Source: Entomortierella parvispora E1425 (Eukaryota; Fungi; Mortierellomycota). Taken from it: a stretch of 64,000 nt of DNA. The DNA is taken from positions 186,001-250,000 of the forward strand of contig BQFW01000015.1 in NCBI GenBank assembly GCA_020891255.1. Direction: 5' to 3'. A program made the translations under genes and the position numbers. Under the pieces are notes generated by a model. It was not told the origin of the DNA and did no database searches. It saw only the letters and a list, made by a program, of their open reading frames with translations. Below, piece after piece: positions 34,060 through 44,737 of this stretch; position 1 is the stretch's first letter; each line of letters starts with the position of its first letter.

Positions 34060-37000
34060 CTATGACTCCCTCTCCTCTCTTGCAGCCTTCCGATCTCTGC
34101 AGTAGTTGACCAATTGGTTCACAGTCCAAGAATGTTTCTTGAAAAGTGCTTCGAGCTCCATCATAGCATCTTGGAGGGCATCCTCGTGACTCTGGCCGCC
34201 GTCCTTTGCTCTGTTTTGGCTGGCAAGGTACTCGACCTCCTCGATAATCCGCCTTTTGTTGTTGAGCTGTTTCTGATGTTTCCTGGAGATTCCCAATGGT
34301 CTTTTCCCAGCCTTTTGACGCTCCCGCTCAAATTCCTGGTACTCTTCCCAGATTGCAGCCACGCTTCCAAGTCTGTAATTGACAGTAACGCCACCAGTTG
34401 TTACACTGGTGGTGGTCGTAGGAGCCGTGGTGGTAGTTGTGGTTGCGGTGCCGGTTGTTGTCGTGGACACAGTTGTCTCTGTCTGCACGGCAGGCATTGA
34501 CTTGAATGGCACGGGTTGACACTGTGGTTGAGACTGGGGCTGATGTTCGGCAGCTTGAGACCATCTCGGAACCCCAATTGCCAGTACTGGCGGCGCTTGT
34601 GCAAGTCTTCGAGGACTTGCAGGGATAGATTGCTCAGATTGGGCATCAATGGGAGGGCGCACCGGCAGAGAAGGAGTGAATCCTAAACCGGGTTGCCACG
34701 ATGGCGCTAGATATGGTTGCTGCCAGAAATTGCCAGCAAAGCCAGACGTATTGTGGCCAAGCTGGCTGATTATATAATCCAACTTGGATTCAATACGGGA
34801 AATGGTCTCCTTGAAATTATGGACGCCACAATCGACGACGGCATCCAGGTGCAGCATGGCTTGATCTAGATGCTCAGCTGCTGCCCACCGAAGCCCTTGT
34901 ATTTCACGCTTCATGATTTCGAAGCTCCCTGGTAGCCGTGTCATTATTTCGCCTTGGCGAGCGATAAGGCGTTGCTGGTCTTGAAGGACCATCTTCACAT
35001 TGGGGTGCATGTCTGTTGGCAGTACTGCCTCCTTTGTGCTCAATACTGTCGCCACCTGCTCCTTGAAGGCCAGAAAGGCCGGAGTCTCAAAAACCCCGAA
35101 AGCCAGCAACGGCGATTTCACGTTCGAGTGCTTGCACAGGTACTCAGCTGCGTCTTGAAGGATTACCCGTCGGAGGCGAAGTAGTGCCTTCAAAAAACAC
35201 TTTTTCGCCATTTCGGATTGTTGAGTATTGGCTGATACCATGCCTCGAATGCTTGAATCATACCGCAGAGGAGCAACATTTTGGGGCTGAGATGCTTCAT
35301 TGGCGTTTCTCTCCTCCATTTCTTGTATGCACTCCGCTTGCCATTCATTATAGTCGGGGGTGCCTGGAGGTCCGCATGCTGTCTCGATAAAGGGGAAAAT
35401 TTGTTGCTGCAGGTCGAGGCTCGGTGAGACCTCGTTTCGCTTGAGATGGAATGGAACCTCTCCACCAAGGAATCCAGCCAACTGAACTGCAAAATGGTAC
35501 GAGGGATCATCACCGTAGTGCTGGTCCAGTTTGGGAGTGTTTTGTTGCCAAGGGCCTGCCTTCCGGATTTCATCTCGTGCAACGAGCATCATCCTGGCCT
35601 CACTTGAACCACTATGACGGCCAGAATGAGTAATGTGACGGCACGTTACGCGTTGACGTTGGAAACACTTCCTCATGTTTTCCTCTTGAATCTCACAAGA
35701 GCCTTCATCATGTACGTTGGGCCAAGTGTGGATGAGCTTAACATCGAGCCAACTGGGGTCATCAAAGTCCGGCAGCGTTTCATGCTTAACCTGAAACAAT
35801 CGAGCAGGACATTAATAAGTAGAAATAGTGTCGATCTTGTCAGGGCTTCAACAATTCAAGCCAGAGCTGCAATATAACAGGGGAAATAGGGAAACAGAGG
35901 AGTCGGACAACCTACATGAAACAGGTCATAAAAGTAAAATCCAAGCGCACCAACACTGCAGCGGCGTACATCGGTGTGTCTGCATGATACACCATACAGC
36001 ATCTTGCCTCCTTGGTTGTTTTTGCCCTTGTGGAAGTTTGCCATCAAGAATACTAGGTTCTGAGTGCCTCCGATCCGACTGATAGAAGGATCCATGAAAA
36101 TATCCGAGTAATTCAAGCCTTGAAGGTCCTCGTCCCTCAGGAGCAATGCATGCCTTATTGCTAGCGAGAGGTGTAATCTCATCGAGGAAGAAGTTTCTGA
36201 CACGGGCTGTTGCCATGCATCCAAAAGACATCTATCAGTACAAGGATATGTAGGTGTGCATGTCAATATTCTTCAGCGTATGTTGCTTTTGCGCTTTTGC
36301 GTGGTCCTCTCTCTCTCTTTCTTCCTTTCTCTAGCACATACCTAATATGCTCCTCGATCGTGTATGTATTTCTTATTCCACAGGACGCAGACGAATTGCG
36401 ATGGTTGACGAGCTCACCGATTACAAGATCGTTGTTGTATTTTGAAAGAGTCTCCTTGATCGCCTTACTCTTTCGTAAATGCTCTGCTTTGTTAGGATCA
36501 GTGATACGATTGCTTTGCCGTCTTTGCAAATGGACGATTGCTTTAAGTGCTTGATCCATTGTTGCACTTTCGCAGAGCACCTGCAGGACCTTCGAGCCAT
36601 CCTCTGCTGCTGGAATAGATTCCAGCACTAGTGGCCGAGTCCAAAAAGATGATGCATAGAGCATAGACGGTAACAAGACAGCAAGACGATATGTTAGAGT
36701 GAGGTAGGCTTGCCAAGGTTAGTACTGGTTCTAATGCAACCAATTCCCATAACACTCACCCTGACGCAAATCAACTGGTCGACGTTTTGCCTTCGATTCA
36801 GACGCCACCAACGCAAGGGCTACCCTCACATCCTTCGTTTCGTTTGCTCTGAAGATCTTTGGGATTCTCCTCTTGAACATGAAATCCTTGAAAAATAAAA
36901 GGACCTTCTCTTCGTAGACCTCATACCGGGCGTCCTGTTCAGTCATGTAAGTCTTGTCGCAAAACTCCTATACGAAATGAGAACCGGTACATGTTCGGCC

Positions 37001-37839
37001 AACGAGAATTATTTTATAATAACCACGACCAGATATTAATTCCGGATCTGCAGATCTGCATTTTTTTTACTGCATTATACCCTGCGTTTTTACCTTGAAG
37101 AACTTGAGGTAAGTCAAGTACGCTTCCTTGGTGTTCCGTGCCAAGTTTTCGTGCTCGTAAGCCATGCCCTGAAGGCGGAGTGCCGTTGCTCGCTGATGTA
37201 ATTCGCGTGCTGTTGAACTACTACCGTCTTGAGAAACTTCCTCTTCCACCACAAAATGGCTGATGGCAAGTGTCGACAGCTCCTTCATCAACGCACAAAA
37301 CTCTTCTGGAAAATGGCGTCAGATGTCAACGTGCTGAGACGCAAACAGTCCACCTCAATTTCTTGTTTAATTTGATACATACGTGCAACCTTGGCCTTGA
37401 GGGATGACTTTGGACGTCCTCGCGTTCTTTTTGGGGGCCTTTCCGTTCTTTCTGCGGACCAAGCCTGCACTTGCAGAGCCTGATCTGATTCCGATTCGGA
37501 TGCCGTTTCTTCTTGCAGAGGTAATGCATCAGGCCCTCGCCTTCTCTTCGGCGGCCGATTCTGAGGCGATTGATCCTGTTTTGATTCAGAGGACGATGAA
37601 GAATTTTCTGCATCTTCTGCATCTTCCGTCAGATGTTCTTCAAAAGTCGATACTGCACTAGGAGGCACGTGAAGCTTGAACCACTTTTGTGAAGGCGCTG
37701 TCCGCTGGGTCCTTTCAGGTGCTAATTGTAAGGATGTCAGTCCCACTGCTGGTTCGAGTGATTGTCGAGATAATGGTGCTTGTTGGATAGGTCCTTTCTG
37801 TGGCGGTTGTTCAAAGGGCCGCGCTTGCGACATTGACAT
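34060..37839 (-). mobile_element. Crypton-type (CryptonF / Ndc10-domain) tyrosine recombinase gene, 6 exons, about 1069 aa, no lesions
   Basis: Exons 37839-37383, 37305-37094, 36967-36760, 36627-36342, 36231-35916 and 35790-34060, all GT-AG with consistent phases (3210 nt). Motifs LLLRDEDL, GKNNQGGK, RHTDVRRCSVGALGFY, ITHSGRH, AGPW, QHYG, LAGF, QQQIFPFIE, RRVILQDAA and a GCR1_C-like tail (SVAAIWEEY...KRRIIEEV). Confidence 0.85.
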
Positions 37840-38548
37840 GGCTCTCTTCTCAGTTGTCTGATCTCGAATTGATAGGACGGGGCCTCTAGGTTGAGTGTGG
37901 TGTGTTATGATGGTATGATGTGTGTGGTTTGTGCAGGGAAGTGGGGAGAGGGAAGTGAAGTGCATGCGCGAATGTTCGCGTGCCTGGGAACTTGGGAATT
38001 ATCGTTGCACGTGACAAAAAAAAAGTGAATCGCCAGCGCGTCTGCCCCGGGCCCGTGAAGCGACAGCAAGGATTTTTTTTGTTTTACAGTACTGTCAAGG
38101 TCGTCGTCCCTGGCGACTTGGTCGCTTGTGTCAGTCCGCATGGACAAGAATTGGTAATTACTGATTACTTCTGTGGGTAACTCCACATCAGTGCCAACGT
38201 CCTGAGCTCTATTGGTCTTTGAAGCTTCATTCACTTGGATTCCGAGCCCTTCGAAAGCGGCGAATCACGAGGAAGTGGTTGTCCCTTGGTGGGGCAGAAT
38301 GGTCGAAGGGAGACAAAAAAAGCACATCGAGTAAGATCGTGTGCAAATATATAATGGATTCACGTTTTTGAAATGCGAAGCAGGAGCGTGTTGGTAGGAG
38401 GGAGAAAGGGCGCTTCACATCAATTAGCCTATGTCAACAAGGATGCTCGTCTGGGTAGCTCAGTACGGTTTTATTATCAGATATTCATTTCAAGTAAACA
38501 TTCCTGCATAGGACAGTGTCGCAAAACACAATGATGCGAATAAACCAA

Positions 38549-38940
38549 GCCTGTGAAGACAGTGTCGATCCTGATTGAAGATCATGTCTTGTTTTCATGC
38601 AGCGTACAAGTTTGTCACTTTGACTATGACACGTCCAGTCTTTCCCTTCTACCCTGATAGTGCCTTCAAGCCGAGCCTGCTGTCTATTGTTTAAAGCGCC
38701 ATGATCACGGAATTGTAAACCCTACGCGTATTTGTGTCTTCCATTAAGAGTCCATCGCCTGTGAAGACAGCGTCGATCCTGCTTGAATCCATGTCTTGTC
38801 TCCATACAGCATACAAGTTTATCACTTGAATATGACATGTCCAGTCTTTTTCCTGATAGTGCCTTCAGGCCAAAGTCTGCTGTCTATTGCTTTGGCGCAC
38901 CCTGATAACGGAGTTTTACATCCTGTGCGTGTCTGTGTCG
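38549..38940. repeat. Diverged tandem duplication, period about 208 bp
   Basis: Both units begin GCCTGTGAAGACAG(T/C)GTCGATCCTG (38549, 38757) and share TACAAGTTT, GTCCAGTCTTT, CCTGATAGTGCCTTCA and CTGCTGTCTATTG; identity is roughly 75-80% by eye. Confidence 0.85.
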
Positions 38941-39799
38941 TCAAAAATCCACAAAAAATACCTAAATGACAACTGCAAAAGGAATGTAATGGTCAGCAAA
39001 GCCTGCAAAGGAGACGCACAACAGCACAATCCCTCCACGACCCCATACCCCAGACACAGCTTTTTTAGCTCCACAAGGTGCTTTCCACTAGCTCAGACCC
39101 CCCATGAGAAAGAGCCATCTGGTTTCCGCACAGCGACGAGTGCCATACGAGAGCCAGATCCTAGAGTGGGCAGCATGAACAGCTTCAGTACCCTCAGGTT
39201 TTGAGAACAAAAGCCGGTGGGCCAGAAACCATTCCCAAGCTTTACCACGACGAAGTTGCGATCCGCTTTTAAGAAACTACAACAACCGCCGAGAGTGTCC
39301 ACAGATGGTGGGGGCAAGGAAACTCACAAGGCCAGTGCCTCCGGTTCGAACAATTCAAAGCAGGGCCAGAGCCTCCGGTCCGAAAAATTCAAAGCAGGGC
39401 ATGCAATGAAGGTGCGTTCCGTCAAGGAAAGGACCCCCATTACACAAGGAGCGCACCAGTTCGGTAAAGCCAATGCTTTCGCAGAGGCCAAGAACTGGAA
39501 ACACTCTATCGGCCAAACCCGTGCCCCGAAAGGGTGGGTAGCAGACTTGTAGAGCCTCCCATGAGAGAGAAGACTCGCGCTGTACCCGTGTTTCACGCCA
39601 TGCAATCACCATCTACAACCCTACTGCCATTACCTTGAGAGTGCTACCAATGCTTCCAGTATGTCCAGATGTTCTGCGCGAAAGGCACCATGACAAGAGC
39701 TGTGGAAGAGGATGTAGAAGTGAGAGAGTCAGAAGTGATTGGAGGGGGATCTGAAAGGGATGTTCAATTGAGATTAAATGAAAAGGTGGGAGAGAAAAA

Positions 39800-41285
39800 C
39801 AAAAAGGAAAATCACCCGCTGCAGAAATAGGGGGGACAAAAATTTCGTGTGGCAAATGCACCCTTGCACAGTGGCCATGGACACAGGCGCATTTAACCGC
39901 CAGCACCCCATTGAGATGATCCTTCCGCCCTCATCGTGATCTTCATCTGCATATCTGTAGTTGATGCCTTAAAGCTCTCCAGGTATTTAAATCCGTATCC
40001 TAACCGTGTTTGAGTGCTATTTTGTCAAGCCACTGACGGTGCCTGAGTTGATATTGGTGCTGACTGACCGATCCTTTGATTGACCCGACAGACTGTCTGT
40101 GCATCCGTGCATTAGTCCCAGCCCATCTGCAGGAACAAGAGCATGGTCACATGGAGGGCCAAGATGGATCAGACGGTGACATTGTCACATTGTCCATTGG
40201 AGTGCATTGAAGACGAGAGCTGAGCAATGCGGGTGTCCTTCTCGGAAGACAGCGTCATTAAATGATTGGCTGATTCAGTAATTTTCTCAACTAGTTGGTC
40301 CTTGAGGAGATTCCCAACCGCCTTGATTCCATCTTGAACAAGTCCTTCACCAATACCCGCAATGTGAGGCACGACGAAAGAGGTGGCCCCCATTGCGATG
40401 CGGACAAGCTGAAGCATAGCCAGCATGTAAGGACCATATTTTTTACAGAATTCGGTTGCACGCTGCAAATCGTATCCTTTGTGATCTGTGAAGTGAAGAG
40501 GCTGTTTTTCATTTCCGTCTTCCCCAAGATCACATTCGCAGAGGAAGTAGAGCCGATAATTCTTGGAAATGGGATCGCATTTGTCCTTGAGCGAACGTCG
40601 ACCCGGCAGGATGACAAAGAGACGTGGAATTGGATATTCATGGATTTCGACTGTAAGCCGGAAGAGATAGTTGGCTTTCGCATCAAGCCTAGAGAGCATC
40701 TCAACCATCGCCGCATGGTTCTTTTTCTGGTTGTCTATGACAATGTATTGAGCTTCCTTGACTTCCTTCACATCGTGTGCGAGGTTGGCGAGTTGCGTGC
40801 TCACGAACACCTGAAGGAACTGGGTGACCGAATCCGTCGTCATCAAGGTAGACTGGTCGGACTGAGACGCAACAAGGGCCGTAGAGTCTGTTGCGCAATG
40901 CTCCACAGCGAGATGTTGGACTATGGGAGAGATCTTCAAGATTGTATTTGGTAGATATTCGAAGCGCGCTGGATCAAGTCTATTCGTTTGAAGGAAGAGT
41001 TTAGCAAACTCACTTTCTCAAAACAGAGAAAGGCGGCCAAGTAGCAATAGGATCGTCATACTCTTTTTGGTTTTCGTCTTCTAGCAACTCAATAACCACA
41101 TCGTTGTCGTCTTGGATATAAACCTGACCGAAGGAGGATGACCGTAGAATTTTTCGCAGGTAAACAACGTGCTTGCCAGTTTCGGGATCAAACACGGCAC
41201 GAGCTTTTCTGATGCCGCCTGTTGGCCATTGGAACGACTGGAGAAGTTCCGTGGTACCACTGGGAACAAGTTTGACCATCGCCAT
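39800..41285 (-). pseudogene. Copy C of the LRR/RNI-like family, truncated
   Basis: Header exon 41285-41062 and the same phase-2 intron (41061-40980). The core VEIHEYPIPRLFVILP...RLYFLCEC...KKYGPY ends at a stop (40169-40171), with frameshifted remnants (YLESF, DEGGRI) beyond. No LRR exon follows. Confidence 0.8.
40076..40253. repeat. 178-bp dispersed duplication, copy 2
   Basis: 177/178 identical to 22202-22379; overlaps the end of the copy C ORF. Confidence 0.95.
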
Positions 41286-41657
41286 CGGAAGAGGAATGGG
41301 TGAGAAGGAGAAGGGATGAGGACTGAGGAAGAAGTGAGAATGATGGGGACAAGAGAGGAAAAGAGAGAATCGAGCAGAAAAGCAAAGAAAAGGTGCAGTT
41401 TGCCCATTTTATGGCAAAGCAGGTTGAGCCCGTTCTTTGTGCTCTCCTTTGACTTTGCCATCAAGAGGTGTTTCGCAGCTCGTGTCTGGACAAGCAAAAC
41501 TGTCGGGTCAAGTTGATTGAAAAAGTGTTTTATTGTTCTTGGGTACAAAAGGGGGGCGATCCGGGTCATCCATTCGCTTCTTTTTCTGTGTGAGTTGTTG
41601 TTTGGTGGTATACAATGCTGCTGCTGCTTCTGCTGTTTGTTGCTGCTAACTGGCTGC

Positions 41658-42458
41658 TTATTGGGTCTTGTCCTTCTTGGCCTGAGCACGCTTGGCCTGG
41701 AAGGCAGCGACGTCGGCCTTGATCATCACATCGAGCTCCGCCTTGAGCTGGGGACGGTAACCAAAGAAGAACATGACCTCATAGACGACAAAGTAAGGCG
41801 CCAAGACCACAGCCTGCAACAAGTTGTCCAAGAGCTTGGGTGCACGCTTCTCATAGACACCATGACCGATAAATTGGGCAATCCAAGCGACGACATGAAC
41901 GTAGAGTGCAATCTTGTTGGCGTTGGGGTTGGTCTGGTAAAAGTGAGTGGCGTGCTTGGCGAGTCCGAGGAACAAAGGTGCGGTCAAGAGCTATTTTTTT
42001 TTTATTGTTCATTCAGAACAGAAAACAAAGAAAAGTTAGACACACGGAAACATTCAGGTCGAGACTATGACAGCATCCTTGCGAGAACAAGATAGACAAG
42101 TCCAGCGTGGGAAGAGCAAATAGGAAAAAAAAAGGGAGAGACAGAAAAAAAAACTTACGCCTGCAACTTTGTCGAGCTTGATATAGTAGGAAACATAGGC
42201 AGTCATGAGGGCGAGGGAAACGTTAGGGGTGCAGAACTTGAAGAGCTTGGACAGAGCCACGGCGACGGGAGCACCAGAGGCAACGGCGGCAGCCGAGGGA
42301 GCGGCGATCAAGGGGCCAGAGTTTGCGCCCCAGACGAGTCCGGACCAGAGGATGAGGGGAATGCAGGTCAGATGGATGCCGACATTCCAGATGTTGTGGT
42401 GATGGGATCCGTACTGGAACAGCTGGTACTTGAGGTCAAAGACCTTGGACTGGGACAT
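41658..42458 (-). CDS. MPO1: Mpo1-like (DUF962) membrane protein / 2-hydroxy fatty acid dioxygenase, exons 42458-42159 and 41990-41658
   Basis: Motifs YGSHHHNIWNVGIHLTCIP, WIAQFIGHGVYEKRAPKLLDNL and APYFVVYE; GTAAGT...TAG phase-0 intron. Confidence 0.9.
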
Positions 42459-43179
42459 TATGATGAAGGCGAGGAGGAAGGAATGATGGCGATGGGGATG
42501 ACAAAGAGACAAAGAGACAAAGAGACGAACGCTGACGAAGGAAATAAATAAAAACCAGAAAAGAAGAGAGGAGGGGGGACGTCCTTGACCAAACGACCAA
42601 CTGATGGACGGACGGACGGACGGACGAACTGTTCACGCGCAGTCATCCAAGGGCGCACATGCACACTTGCACACTGGCACACTTGCACGTACTGTGCACA
42701 CACAAAGAGACTCTTCTCGGACACGGACAAGCCGGCGATCGGATCGGGCTGTTCTTGTCTTGGGGCGTGTGGGGCAGGAAAGTCTCTTTTCCCTGTGTGT
42801 GTTCGAATTGGCAATTATTTTCCCGAGGCGTGCGAGGCTCTCTCTCGTCGGACTTTGATGGGACGCGTCTGTTCTGTCTGTCCATCGGCTGGTCGGTCTG
42901 TTCGTCGGTCTGTTGGTCTTTGTTAGCCTGTTCTCAGCCTCTTGGCTTCAGTCTCTCTCTCTCTCTGTCTCTCCCTCTCTCTGACCAAGCGGGCCGCTCG
43001 ATCATCCATCTTCTTGCGCCGGAATGGCTGCCTGCTCGAAGCAGTGCTCTTCCAGTCTACTCACCACATCCGACCACATGTGGACACCAGTCTTCACTCC
43101 CACCAACCGTGGCCAAGACAAAATATTGTTCTCACGCTGGGACGTGTATTTATTATACAGTAGTTGTTTTGCTTTCTTG

Positions 43180-44174
43180 TTATGATGGGTTGTCGATAGC
43201 TTGCCAAGTGTCTGCAAGAATATGGAGGTGCTGAGTCCGGTCATATGAACTGCGTAGGATACAATCTGCAGTTGCGTCGCTTCGAGTGAAAAATTGACAG
43301 TAAACAAGACTGTCCTTATAGGTCTGGAACAGCGTTGATATGCTTCCTGCGATGCTACACATACACCCTCTCCTCGATGATCCTAACGTCTGTTGACTTT
43401 GTTGCCTGAGTTGCAAGTACATAACAGCCCGCCGAGCCATCATCACTGTTTGGTAATCGATGGGACAAACGATTTTCTTTTGTCCGTACTCGTCCTCCAT
43501 GACACCCCACATAACTAAAAGAGCACAAGAGTCACAGAACAAAGGTCAGAACGGCAGAACATGGAGGACATGGTATCGATATACAGCCATAGCATCAGTC
43601 TTACGTTTTGTTCATGTCAGCAACAAGCAACGCGTTGCAAGAGAAGATTGTCCCTGGCCTGATCACTTTGCTGGTTCCGCTTGGAGGATGGTCCACGGAA
43701 AAGGGTTTGTTGGAACAGGTCTTTCTTGTGGTCGACTGGAATCCTCCCTGTGCTGTGGACTCGTTATGACACATTCTAGTAGTTGTTTGCTTAAACGCCA
43801 CATCCCTGAAAAGCCATAGGCCGTGTTCTCCTCGACTTCGAAGGGTAGCTTCACGTCCTTGTAGCCTTTCAAGCAAAATGCCCCCAAGATAAATGCAATT
43901 GAATTATCGGTCTGTTGTCGCTGTTGCGTTTGATCCATGTTCGTCGGTCAAAACTAGAGAGGCCTCTCATTACCTTCCATTTCGTCAGCCATACTGTGTA
44001 TGAGCGTTGGACACTTTCAGCTGTTGGGTATCTTTTCATCACGATCCCTATGAAGGTATCACGCTCTTGCAGCCGTGATCGGTACTCTTGTTCAAAGGCT
44101 CTAAGCTCGTCAAAAACAGCTTTGGTGTCCGTAGGGCTAGATTCTGAGCCCGGGATGGCAACCAGTTCAAGCAT
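43180..44174 (-). pseudogene. Decayed, frameshifted remnant of a Mucoromycota-expanded uncharacterised family
   Basis: Overlapping fragment ORFs in three frames with protein-like content (VFDELRAFEQEYRSRL, FEVEENTAYG, IDYQTVMMA); no intact frame. Confidence 0.4.
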
Positions 44175-44737
44175 CAGGTTGGCGAACGAAGGAGCTATTC
44201 AATACAACAAAGTACTCACTTTTCGTGCGCTGGCAAATTCAATTACGTTGGGTATTCTTGACAGACATCACTTCGCGAATTTTATCTCCTCCAGTAATGA
44301 TCCTCGCAGTCTTGTCATCTGCAGTCTGATCTAGTCTCCCTCGTTATCGGAGTCGCTGTCATTGAGGTTATCGTCCGCAGGATCGTGTTCTTGCGCGGGA
44401 ACAGGCTCCCTTTGGGTTTCTGTGGCAAGGCCGCAGAAATGGGGTCGGGAAGTAGTTTGTTTATAACGTGTTTTTTATTTTGCGGCTGTTGTGCAATGCA
44501 TGTTCAGAGGAGCAAAAGAGAATGAAATGAACAAATGGTCGTGAGCAAGCCCCACTGGATCCTGCTGTCTTTCTTTCTTTCCAGGTGCGAGAACACAACA
44601 GTCACGTTTTTTTGGTGGCAAATCAGGGCAACGACCAGACGCGACATCGCACAAACATAAAAGTTCACGTCGGTCATTTCCTTCCTCTTCATCAACATCC
44701 GTCCATCCTTCCACAACCTACATATTTCAGGACCACC

